Origin: Amoebophrya sp. A120
Lineage: Eukaryota > Protista > Dinoflagellata
Assembly: GCA_905178155.1 (NCBI GenBank)
Contig: CAJINV010000002.1
Coordinates: 7,284,743 to 7,348,742 of the forward strand
DNA: 64,000 nucleotides
Direction: 5' to 3'
Positions within the stretch are counted from its first letter, which is position 1, and each line of letters begins with the position of its first letter. Shown piece after piece: positions 48,284 to 59,438 of this stretch. Position numbers and translations under genes: made by a program. Under the pieces are notes generated by a model. The model was not told where the DNA came from and made no database searches. It worked only from the letters and a program-made list of their open reading frames with translations.

Positions 48284-51200
48284 ATGCGTCGCTCCGTCTC
48301 CCACGGCCGGCCCATTTCTCCGGATAAGGCTACCCAAGTCCACCAGGGCCGGTCGGGTTGGAGAAAAGTGGCGAAAACGCCGGAAGACCTGCTCTACGAA
48401 GCACGGATACACTACCTGAAGGAGAGGATTGACGAGGGGCTGCTGCACTACAGTTCTGCGGCGACACAGGAGCGGGGATGGAAAATTTTGCACGCGCTGG
48501 CGGAGGACCATTTGACCGGTACAGAAGAGAAAATGATCCCTTTGCAGCTTGTTAGTGTCTTCCTCCTCGTGTAATTTTTTGCCATGCTAGAAGCTTGCCA
48601 TCATGAATTGTCTGGTTTTTTTATCATGATTATGTGAGAAGCTTGCCAATGAAATAACAAGGTGACACGGTGTGGACGTTTCTGGAGCTGGTTTTCCTGA
48701 GTCGTGAGCAACAGAAGAAGAAGCTCGCGAAACTGCAACTTCGGGAGAAGTACGAGCGGCACCTGGCCGCGTTGGACGAGATCCACATCCGGAAGTATCA
48801 AATGCAAAAATGTCTGGGTCTGGAAGAATGCAAGACTTGTCATGCATATTTCTCCTGACCCATGAAGCCTGTAATGCATGACCTAGCATCGCAGACTTTT
48901 AAAGGGCTTCCTGATGCACCTTCCGCATGAGAAATGCCCTGTCCGTTTAGCACAAATTGCACCCCTCTTGCTGGTCATGCAATGCAATTTTTTTTTTTTT
49001 TAGAGTCCAAAAACAGCATGACAAGTTGCAATCTTCCAGACCCAGACACTTTTGCACTTGATAGAAAGGAGTTGAAAATCACGGAAAAGCGGTCCTTAAG
49101 CCTGCTCTGGCTCTTCCCGGTAATTTGCGAGCAATGCTGCTACGAGCTGATTGGAGGCATCACCGACGTCGCGAACCCGATGGGTTTGCAGCTGATGGAG
49201 TCCTCGGGGAAGATCATGTCGAAGCCCAACACGCTCGCGATTTCCAGTAAACCAGACTCCTTTCACAGGTTACTGTTGGACGGATTCTTAACCGACCCGG
49301 ACGGGACCCTTGCTGCGCGAATTTTGGTCGAGGGCTACGTGATTCTCAATCGGGTGTGGACCACGCAGGGGAAGCCGCCGATTCTGTCCGGGCCCTGGAA
49401 GCGCAGTCAGAGGAACGTTGGCACGTTTGAACACGTACAGCTGATCGACCAGAAAAACAGCTGGAATTTGCAGATCTACAACCGGTTCGTGAAACCCATT
49501 TTCCAAGCCATTGCCATGCAGACGCAGGAGCTGCTGAGCGGCAACTGCGAAATAGATTTCGGCGGCGGCAATTTCTCAAACAGCCGATCAAATAGCTCTG
49601 CGAATCTCCTGCAAAGTAGTAGGCCGAAGACAAGTAGCGTCTATCGGTCGAGTCGAAACAACTCGACGACGTCGTTACAACAAAACAATCGCACGAGACC
49701 GTCCTCCCGAATGTCGCCTATACGAATGCGGAATCTCCCCTCGCCACGCGGCGAAGAGTTCAACGACACGAGAACACCGAAAAGGCTGCATCATGAGCAA
49801 TTGGAACTCCAGTGCTGGAACGGATCCTTGACGTTGATCTGCCTCACTCGGGAACTACTTTTCCAGTACAAGGCGGACGTCACAAGGACGCAACAACTCC
49901 GGGACTTGCTGATGGAGCACGCCAGCGCGGTGTTTGAGAATTTGACAATAGTTTCCGACGCGTTCAAGTGTTCTATCGCGAAAGGCACGATTTTGGACGA
50001 AGCGGAGCGACTCGGTGTGCCCGTCGACAACGCGATGCTGGACCCGAGCGACCGGAAGGCCTTGCTGGTGAACGACATCGCGAACTCCAGCCACTTTCTC
50101 GCACAGGAGAACGGTCGTGGTCGTGGGAATAAGAACAACAATGCCCCCTCTCCGCCGAAGTACCTGGGAAAGCGGAATTCCATCGGCCGCGCGCAGACCG
50201 CGAAACGGGAGAAACAGTGGAGGGAAAAGATGCACGCGATTGCGCAGCTGGGGTTTTTGCACTGCGTCGGACAGTACCTGGCGGTCTACCTCTGGCCCCG
50301 GCGGTTTTTGCTGCAGGTCGCGGCGATTTGCGTGCATTTGCTCCGGAACGCGCACAAAGTGTCTTCTACGAGGGATCTGTGCGTCGTCGCCTGTGTTTGC
50401 TTGACGCACATCGGGTCCTTCCTGCTGCTGCAAGCCGCGACGCCACCGGAGGAGGAGAAGGAAGAGGAAGACTCTGACGATGATGGTACAACTTCTACCC
50501 AGCCTGGTTCTAGGAATAGAAAATCGTCACGGCAGAAAGCCCAAATGGCGGGGGAGCAGCTGGCGCAGAACGGATTTGCCGACTACGATCAGAACGATCC
50601 GCGGTTGTTGAGAACGGACTTGGAGAACGCCGACGGCACCACCTGTCCCTCGAGTTACTGGGACGTCGTCAACCCAAATTGCCCACGAGATGAAGATGAG
50701 TACGACGATGATGAAAATGCTGAACAGTATGAAAGCTTCGATATTAACGATGAAAACAGAAACAACGTTGAAACGCATCTCATGAACGACGACGCCTTTG
50801 ACGACATTGACCCCTACCAGCCGCCAAAACCGCCAGTGAGAAAGAAGAAGAAAAAACCGAAGAAGAAACAATCGAAACCCAAGCAATTGGAAAACGAGGA
50901 CGCAACGCTATTGCTCCAGCTCGCGCCGGTGATTCAGTCCTTGATGAAGCCGGAAACTAACCCGGAACTGTTCCAGCACATGCGCGGGGAGGCGGATGGT
51001 AGACTCCGGAAGTGCGTGGACAGTTGCTACGGCGCTTGGAAGCTGTTGGAGCAGGAGAGGCAGAAGAGAAGGGCGCTGCTGCGGAAGAAGTTTTCGGCGG
51101 ATTATGATTCCAGAGGTACTTCTAGCGTTGACCACAATAAACCGGATCCAAAACTGCTGAAGGACGACGACCCCGACCACCCGGATTTTCCCCCGCAACC

Positions 51201-53445
51201 CGCGACCTCCGGGAACGCGAATGTATCGAAGGAACGGAACAGCAGCGGGCTCTTCGCTTTCACGAAGAACGGAAATTCGCCGATGAACCAGCGGAAAAAG
51301 CACGATCGAACGCGGTCGGACAGATTTGAAAAGAAGATGACCAATGAGAACTACTCGCTCCGAACCGCCATGGACAACCTGATCGCGGAATGCGAGCCAG
51401 TAAACCCGGTTCCGGACATGCTCGGCGATCCAGATTTGCTGGTGACGGATCAAAATGGACTGGATGAGGACAACGACTTCCAAGCGACGCAGCGACGACC
51501 GCTGCCGGCGACAGCGTCGAGCAGTCTGTTCCTGGACGCAGAGGGACGGATAATGAATGACGAGGAGCTACTTCAGGACGAAACGGAAGCGCAGCAAGTT
51601 GCGAGCGGTATTCGGAACGTCCGCACGCGTCCCACCGTGTTGCAGCAAGCAACTGCGCAGGGCGATTTCATGGCAGCAGGAGGCGGAAACAACTTCTCTC
51701 GCGGTGGAACAAGTCGCCGCGCTAGTGAAATAAACGCACCGGCACCTCCTCCGCTGGGGACGACGACGAACAGCGCGTTTCGGAACAGCACAGCGACCAG
51801 GCGCCACAGCGATTTGTCCAACAGCGCGAGTGCGAAAACGTTACGGTTCGCAGACGAGAATGAGAATGATGACGCTGTGGATATTTTTCAGCTCCCCAGC
51901 TCCACGCCCAATTCCAATGCGACGATCGCGCCGATTCCCAACCGCGGCCCGGTCTCCTCCTACGCGCAGAAGAAGCAGATGCTGTTGGACTATCAAATGT
52001 AAAAGTGTCTGGGTCTGGAAGAATGCAACTAGTCATGCTAAATCTGAAGCATGCAAAAATCTGTGTTGCATGATTACCAAAAGTCGTCCAGTTTTGACAA
52101 AGTCGGGAGGGAGTTTCTCATGCAGGATAGGCATGAGAGGGATCGCGCACAATTTGTCATGCTAGGTCCTGCATTCCAGACCTCATGGGTCACGGAAAAG
52201 CTGCATGACAAATCTCGCATTCTTGCAGACCCAGACATTTTTGCATTTGATATGGACCCGCTTGACCCGATTCAAGACTCCCCGAGAAGCCCCGGCAGGA
52301 GGAAGAAACTGAACGAGGAGCTCTTCAAGCGAAACAAACTCGAGGGCACCCCGATCCCAAACCCGCCGGAGGAGTTAGAGAATAGTGAATCGCGGAGACA
52401 AATCCGGCCACTGTCCCCGCAACTGGTGAAGTCAAATACGCAAAGTGCGCTGAAGGTGAAACAGGACGGCAGCTACATGTCGCCGCAGCAGCTCGGGAAA
52501 AAGAAGAGACTGGATGAGAAAGACAGTAAGAACATCGCGGATTTCAAAACGCCGTTTGAAAAAGTGCAAGACTGCATCCGCGGGGGGGTCTTGGATGAAG
52601 CGTTTTTGCTTGTCCTGCAGTACGGCCACGAGGAAATGCTGTTTCAGTTTTTGGAAGAGCTGGACCTGACGGAGAAGCTCTTGGAAAATGACAACGGCTT
52701 TCCCAACGACGACGATGTGAATCCCAACCCGAACAACGCTGGCTCTTCCGGATTCAACCGGAATTCCAGCGAAGTGCTCCAAGGATTGAGCATAATGGAC
52801 CCGTTGCAAACCGACGCGGACGAGGAGGAGTTTTCCACGAGGAATAACTACAGGACAAGAAGCAAAACGGGGTCGTTCGTCACGGGGTTGTCTGCGAAGG
52901 AATGGAATAAGCAAAGCAGGACCAACGCAGCAAAGCAAAAAACCGACACAACCGAGGACGAAAACGGCATCAACACGAAAGTGCGGGAAAAGAAATTCTA
53001 CCCCCTCTCGGAGAACCAGAAGCGGCAAATCGGCAACATGCTCGCGCAGATCCTGCGGCGCGAAGTAAACAAGTTTTGCGCCAAGCTGAGCCGCACCCGG
53101 TCTGCGGGAAGTTTGATGTCGAACAATAGCGGCAACGCGTCGCGAACAAGACACGGGTTCCGCACGACGAAATTAGACAACACGTTTGCGGTGACAAAAC
53201 AAGACTTTGAAACCAGGAAGAAGCTCGATTTGTCCTGTCGCTTTCTCCCCAAGTACTTGGCGTTGTCTGGAATGAATACTGCGAAAACTATACCGACCTA
53301 CGCGACGGACGGGCCGATCATCACGTCGGCGCAGGACACATCAACGCTCCAGCTGGTCCGGGAGACGTGCTTGAAAGGCTGCGAGATCGTGGACTTGCGG
53401 GATACGTTGGGCGTCTTGTATCGGAGCATTACGCCACACTACTGA
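48284..53445 (+). CDS. TORTIFOLIA1/SPIRAL2-like (HEAT-type) microtubule-associated protein, ~1,492 aa; exons 48284-48518, 48662-48795, 49069-51990, 52258-53445
   Basis: One GT-AG intron plus two family A elements give a single 4479-nt frame. N-terminal LKERIDEGLLHYSSAATQERGWKILHALAEDHLTGDTVWTFLEL and C-terminal FEKVQDCIRGGVLDEAFLLVLQYGHEEMLFQFL resemble the two conserved TOR1/SPR2 blocks (recognised by eye). Confidence 0.6.
48796..49063. mobile_element. TIR introner-like element, family A (268 bp, TSD GGAAG/GAAAG)
   Basis: TATCAAATGCAAAAATGTCTGGGTCTGGAAGA...TCTTCCAGACCCAGACACTTTTGCACTTGATA. Removal gives IHIRK|ELKIT. Confidence 0.93.
51991..52252. mobile_element. TIR introner-like element, family A (262 bp, TSD TGGAC)
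   Basis: TATCAAATGTAAAAGTGTCTGGGTCTGGAAGA...CAGACCCAGACATTTTTGCATTTGATA; TGGAC at 51986-51990 and 52253-52257. Confidence 0.95.
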
Positions 53446-54342
53446 TGACGCAGCCAAAAATGATCCTCGGAGTCGTTATTGCATTTTTGTTGTGCGTGTG
53501 GCGCCGCAAGCGCAAACTACAAGTGCAACGTAGTACACTCACACGACGGCCTTCGAGCCTCGCTTGAGGAAGCGCCGGATGACGTTGATGGCGGCTGACG
53601 CAAGTAGATTAATGACCTGCACCGCAATGATTAATTTCAGCACATGATGCGGTCTTTGCAAAGATCTTGGAGTGAGAAGCAGAGCTGACGCCAGAAAAGG
53701 CGGCCAACTCGCTTCATGTCCAGGTTCCTCTCGTCGTCGTCTGTTCTCATAACGTCCTCTGTCGTCTGTTGCCACGTCGTAATGGCCTTTCTAGTCGTGC
53801 TGAAATATGAAGATGAAGTCCACCCATCGGTAGCTGGTACATCAAGAACTCGGTCGTCGTGATGTCACTATTTCGGTCGGTTGTAGTATTGAGCCAGAGC
53901 CTCTGACGGCAGCATTCTGATTCTCGGTCGTGCTTGCGTACTGGCTGAAGTTGTTGGGTTTTTACCTTGAGTACTTTTCAGCGGCTGAGTCGGTGTGCGT
54001 CTCTCCATGTCAACTTATCGGTGATGTCACTTCCGACATAATTCGGCTCCGGTACCATGTACATGTCAGCGGTGCGATTCTACTCTCTACGACGTGCGTG
54101 ATACTTGGCCATGATCAGGAATTCGAATAATTACTTCTCAATTGCAATCCCTACGTCGCCAACTCAATTAGCAGGATGATGAAGTCGTGACCAAGAACGA
54201 GAAAGAAACCCTTTCCTGGATTTGGACTATTTGGCGTTCGAAATAATCATATCTTTTCCTGAAGAAGCACGACGTGGTACGTCCTCTCTGACTAGGTTCT
54301 AGTGTTCATCCACACATCAATCTCCTAGCATCAAGCGAAATC

Positions 54343-55350
54343 ATGGGTCTTCCCCCGCAGATGCAGGGTGCCATTGGGTTGGCTTCCCCCGGAGTCGACC
54401 CCTGGGGTAAGATGAAGCCGCCGCGCAAGAGCACCGGCTCGGGCCCGGATATGGACCAGCCGGCCTCCGCATTAAATTCCTTTCTGTCCCCCGCCCAGAT
54501 CGCCAGCCGCGCGCCGATGGACTTTGACACGCACAATGTCCTGCGCGGCCCGAACAATTTGTCCACCACATCCGAGTACCGCATTTGGGAGGTGAAAGGC
54601 ACGGCCTTTGACTACGGGGGCTCCTTGATCCCCGCCCACACCTACAACATGATCGACTCGGAAACCGGGAAGCTGATCGCGATGAAGCATAGGCAGTCGA
54701 ATACGGACTTGTCGACCATTCCGGAGAGGAAATTTGAATCCGAGGAGGACGAAATGATGTTTTTGGAAAAAATTCTCGCTTTGAAAAAGCTCGCGGTCGT
54801 GAAAATTCTGGAGCGCGACATGAACCTCTGTCGGGGCTTCGTGGAGCACAGCCGGGACCTGCGCCGGATGATTGAGCGCAGCAAGGTGTTCCAATATGTC
54901 GACACGGATCCGATCCACGAGCTGAAACTCCCCGAGGACCCTCGGAAAGACGTGCTCAGCCCCTTGAGCAAGCAAGAGCCGACCTTTCTGGACCAGTCTA
55001 ATGCAGCGGAAGAGAACACCGCAATCACGGGCGGCACGGTCGCAAACGTTGTCCGCGTGGCCCGACCGGACCAGTACGCGCCGGCCAGCATGCGAAAGAA
55101 CCAGGCGATCCGGAAGGCTAAAGACCGCGCGCAGCGGGGTGTGACGCAAGAAGCGGTCACCGGGATCAATGAGTTAGCGAACGCCGGCGGCATGTCGCGA
55201 CCCCCGCAAAACGCGGCGGAATTGGTAGCCTGGCACCAGCAAATGAAGCGAGAAAAGGAGTTGCGGGAGGGATTCACTTTTGCGGATGGCGCAGACGAAC
55301 AGAATAAACCGGACAACTTTCGTTTCGGAGACTCGAAGGTTATGTTGTGA
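54343..55350 (+). CDS. Hypothetical protein (335 aa)
   Basis: ATG-initiated ORF with GC3-rich codon usage like the neighbouring genes; no family recognised. Confidence 0.75.
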   Translation: MGLPPQMQGAIGLASPGVDPWGKMKPPRKSTGSGPDMDQPASALNSFLSPAQIASRAPMDFDTHNVLRGPNNLSTTSEYRIWEVKGTAFDYGGSLIPAHTYNMIDSETGKLIAMKHRQSNTDLSTIPERKFESEEDEMMFLEKILALKKLAVVKILERDMNLCRGFVEHSRDLRRMIERSKVFQYVDTDPIHELKLPEDPRKDVLSPLSKQEPTFLDQSNAAEENTAITGGTVANVVRVARPDQYAPASMRKNQAIRKAKDRAQRGVTQEAVTGINELANAGGMSRPPQNAAELVAWHQQMKREKELREGFTFADGADEQNKPDNFRFGDSKVML

Positions 55351-55992
55351 AATTCAAATTAATTAAGTGCGAAATCATATATGTCGCTTAAAGTTTCTAG
55401 ATACGTAAATGCGAATTCCAGAGGCAGAGCCTCGTGAAATTCAAGAGTCCTCAATCAAATCCCATTCCTCGCGATCGTAACTTACCTTCCCATTCCCGTT
55501 GTATTTGCCAGCCTTCTATCTTCTTCTATCTACTTCCCAAAAACCACACGCGATCAGTAATTAGCAGAGTAAGTATCTATGAATTTGATACCGCAAGAAC
55601 ATCATATGACGAGCAAACGACCCAAATAGTAACGCAACAGAACCAAAGAAGTTTTTGACGCTGCCTAATAAGAAAGGAAACTACAAGAAACAAAGATCAT
55701 CAACCGCCTGGTATTACTCACCTTTGTACTTCTCAGCAAAGGAGGACGAAGCTGACGACCACTCGACACAACTAGCCTTCTCACCTGACTCTGTTGACAC
55801 AGGCAGCTCCATCAAAGATGCGAATCATGCGAAGAATTCGCAGTAAGTCTGAGTTTGTGTTCTCAACACTCTCAGACTCGCGTAGTTCCGCTCCGCGCAT
55901 TCCTTCCTGTGCAGGTCGAACATGATGAAGTCTTACTGCCGCGGGGGCATTTGTCGTGCGGGTGGTTGTCGTGATAGTACTCTCAAATAAGC

Positions 55993-58393
55993 ATGATGTG
56001 CAAGCTCCTTTCATCCTCCACCCCTGTTTTGGGTGGCTTGCTCCTCTGGACGATGGTTTCGCCCGCAGCTGCGGCTTCCAACGCTGTGGCGTGGGACCAG
56101 CTGTTCCAGAACTCCGCCAATCGCAAACTGGATGCGGCCGTCAACGATACCATCACCTTCAACTGGGGAGCAAGCGCGAATGATGTCATGAAGTTGGACG
56201 CCTGCGATGGTAAGTACTTCATTATGCACTACATGGTGGTCATGGTCCTGATCCTCTGCATCCTCGACGAGAGGTGAACTACGTAAGTAGACACATACAC
56301 ATTTCCATTGTCCTCGTCGGTCGTCACTTTTCATGGATCACAACTGTGACTTTGTTTATCGCTTGGTTGCAGCGCTGTCTAAACCTTTTCCTTTCCAGGT
56401 ACCTTCTATGTGTATCCAGAGCCGGACGACGCCAGTGCTCTGTGCGTGAATACAACGGGGACGGTTGTCGCGACGCAAACGCAAAGCGGGTACGTCTACA
56501 CGGTTTCTGCCGCGGACAATGATGAATTTCTCTGCTTCATCGCCTAAGCAAAGCCAACAAAGTTGAGCTCCTTCACCTCAGTTCGGCAAGCCGGTTGCCC
56601 TTCGTGAAGTGAAGCGCCTCAACTCAGGCCATTTTTGTAAAAAAACCCGCCCCCGACTGCGAGGCGGCTCGAGGAGAGACAAACGACACGGCCCCACGTG
56701 GCTACCAGCATAGGCAGGCTCCTCCAGCTTCGGCCTCTGGGGCAGGTAGGTCTGCAAGGGTTGAGCGGCCTCAGCTCAGAAGGGGGTGATGGGTTTTGCC
56801 TTCAAAGCTGCGCCTCGGCTCTGGCCATTTAGAAGAAAGCAGCGGGAGGGCCGGGACCGTTTCCGGGTTGGGACGAGGGGCGCCTGGGTTCCGAAGAATG
56901 TGGCGTAGGTTTGGAAGGAGGGGGTCCGGGCTCCAGATGAGGACACTTGGGCTGTGGAAGAAGTGGTCTGGGTTCCGCGTGAAGGGGGCCGGGGCCCACA
57001 GGAGAAGACCTGGCTCAGGGGGGAGGCGGCTGAACTTGTAGAGGAGGTGGTCTGGGTTGGGAAGGAGAAGGCTCGGGCTCCGGGGGAGGTAGGGGGGTTT
57101 GGGGGAGGAGGTAGTTGGGGTTTCTGCTGGTGCTAGTGCAAACTGTTGGGGATGAATCGTTTTCGTTTTGGATTTGCGTTCGACTCTTCCGGCTACACCT
57201 TGCAATGAGTCCAGGCAGGGACTCCTTGCAAGGACTCCTTCCAAGGAGTCCAATAAAATTACGCACTTGAATTTATTGCCATCGGGGGAAGCGAAAAAAA
57301 GAGTCCTTCTGGGGACTCTTTTCGAGGACTCTTATTCGAGAACTTTAAACTTACGCACATGGTCTCACACATGAATTTCCCAGAGTTCTGAAAGGAAGCG
57401 TGCGCGCTTCTTTCTGAATTCCAGAAATTCACTTCTCAGCAATTGGCTTCCTTTCTGCCGAACGTCTCTCGCCAACGTTTCGGATTGTGTTGTCGAGTCA
57501 AATCCCCATGAGGCGTCTCGCCTTCAGGGCGAGCTGCCTTCTGCGGGTCCGATCTTGGAAACCCAGCGCTCCGGAACTTCTTGGCTTCAGAAGCTTCGGA
57601 GCCCCGTCGCCCACTCAGCGCAATAGACAAGCGAGCCAGCTCCGGCATTCGGGGATCACCCGGCTCCGGATCGGGGGCCGGCTTGTTCGAGGTCGACACA
57701 CGTGAATTTCTCAGGCTCTGAAAGAAAAACGGCGTTTTTCTTTCAGGGCCTGAGAAATTCACGTGCGTCGAATTTGTTAGCTTCAGAAGCTCAAAGCCCT
57801 GGTGGCCAACTCATGGTCTAGGCAATGGAGCTAACCCCGGCTTTCGGGGATCACGCGGCTCCGGATCGGGGGCCGGCTTGTTCGAAGTCCACAAAAGAGA
57901 AGCTCCAGAGTTCTGGAAGAAAAACGGCGCGCATCTTTCAGAGTTCTAGAAGCCCCCTTTTCGGGGCCTTGTTGACTTTGATAGCTGAATGGGGTTCGCC
58001 GGGGCCGGGCTTTGGGCGCGTGTTATGAGATTCGCAGAGGGTTTCGAAGTTTGAGAATTTTTTTTTTTCAGAGATGGACTCTCACATGAATTTCCGAGAG
58101 CCTATAGGTACGTCTACACGGTTTCTGCCGCGGACAAGGATGAATTTCTCTGCTTCATCACTACGAAAGGAGCCAGCACCTACCGTTCCCACTGCCAGAA
58201 CGGGCAGCACCTGACCGTGAAAGTGGGCAGCCCGACCATGCCGGTGACCACCACTACGACCACTACTGCCACGCCGGCGGCACCCAGCAGTGGTGGTGTT
58301 GGAAAGTATTCACGACCCATCGCGTTTAGTACGATGGGTAGCTGCATTGCCATGGTGATGATCGCGATGTCCCATATGCTTTTTTTGTCGTAG
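55993..58393 (+). CDS. Secreted, probably GPI-anchored cupredoxin/phytocyanin-like protein (197 aa); exons 55993-56209, 56399-56489, 58108-58393
   Basis: Signal-peptide-like N-terminus; VNDTITFNW...NDVMKL..CD; HCQNGQHLTVKV; Thr/Pro-rich linker and hydrophobic C-terminal tail. Two GT-AG introns give a 594-nt frame. Confidence 0.75.
56542..58106. mobile_element. 1,565-bp repeat/palindrome-rich insertion flanked by a 53-bp direct repeat of exon sequence
   Basis: 56489-56541 and 58107-58159 are identical except for one base. The interior has a degenerate 21-bp minisatellite, duplicated blocks and a 79-bp palindrome. No transposase or reverse transcriptase is evident. Confidence 0.7.
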
Positions 58394-59438
58394 GTCTCGC
58401 GGGTTATCATGTAAATGATAAAAATTGGGATTATAGTAGTTGTGTATGTGTTGGTGTTGCCGGTGAAAGACGCAAAAAGAAAAACCAAAAAAGGCTGGGA
58501 AATAAAAGCCTAAGCCAGCGCTGTCCATAATGGCGAAATACGATTTTTGAAAACCAAGAACAGAGTGCAAAACCTCTTCGTCTGATCATTTGCACAAGAG
58601 CTTCTAATTCTATGCCTATCGAGTGCATGACAGCGGACTCGGAAACGTTGATCCTATTCGTGTTCGCAAATTTTTTTCTGCTTGTTCTATAAAATAACTG
58701 ATGATCTTCAAAAGAATCTGATCCGCGTTTCTTGTTCTCTGTATTGCAGGAGTAGACTGTATGCATGCATAATTACATCTGTTCCTTCCACCATGTGCCA
58801 TCGAAGCCACTGCTTCATCTACAAGAACTTCTTGCCCAGAAAGATCCCCTGGTTCCTGTTCGGATCTTTTCTTTTTTCGCCCATCGAAATCACGATCGTT
58901 CTCTGTTCGCATGACACAGATCTTGTGCACCGGAGCGAAGTTTCAAATGATCATGAAAAAACGAACCCGTTTGAAGAAAATCAGATGAAGTGAGAGGTCC
59001 TGTGGGTGGTAAGATCTATCATAAACCGATGGCTGCCGATGGTAAAATCATATCTATCATGAGCGCAGCTTGACCTCGTGCCTACGAAGGCACAACAAAT
59101 AAAGATATTGTAATGGTCTTTTCATGGTCATCTCCGTCTGCGACTACGACAACTGTATACATGTCCTTGTTATTCTTATTTCGCTTCGTTCAGGTTTTTC
59201 TTTTTGCTGATGTGGTTGAGTGCGCCGCCACCTTCCACCGATTTCATCTTTACCGCTAGAGTTTTTCTCTTTTTGTTGTAAATCACTTTAGTGCAGCGAT
59301 TATATCGCATTTTTTTGATATTGCGAAATAGAACCAAGTACGTTGAAATTAATCGTACAAAACTTGTTTATGTTTACGTACTTTTTTGTATAGCGACGCA
59401 ATTTTTCTAGCAAATTTTCACTTTTTTCCAAGCGAACC

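Noticed and set aside
6881-52257. Recurrent peptides such as LPDPDIFAFD and QKCLGLE at ORF ends as a shared protein domain
   Set aside because: They are translations of family A TIRs, not exon sequence.
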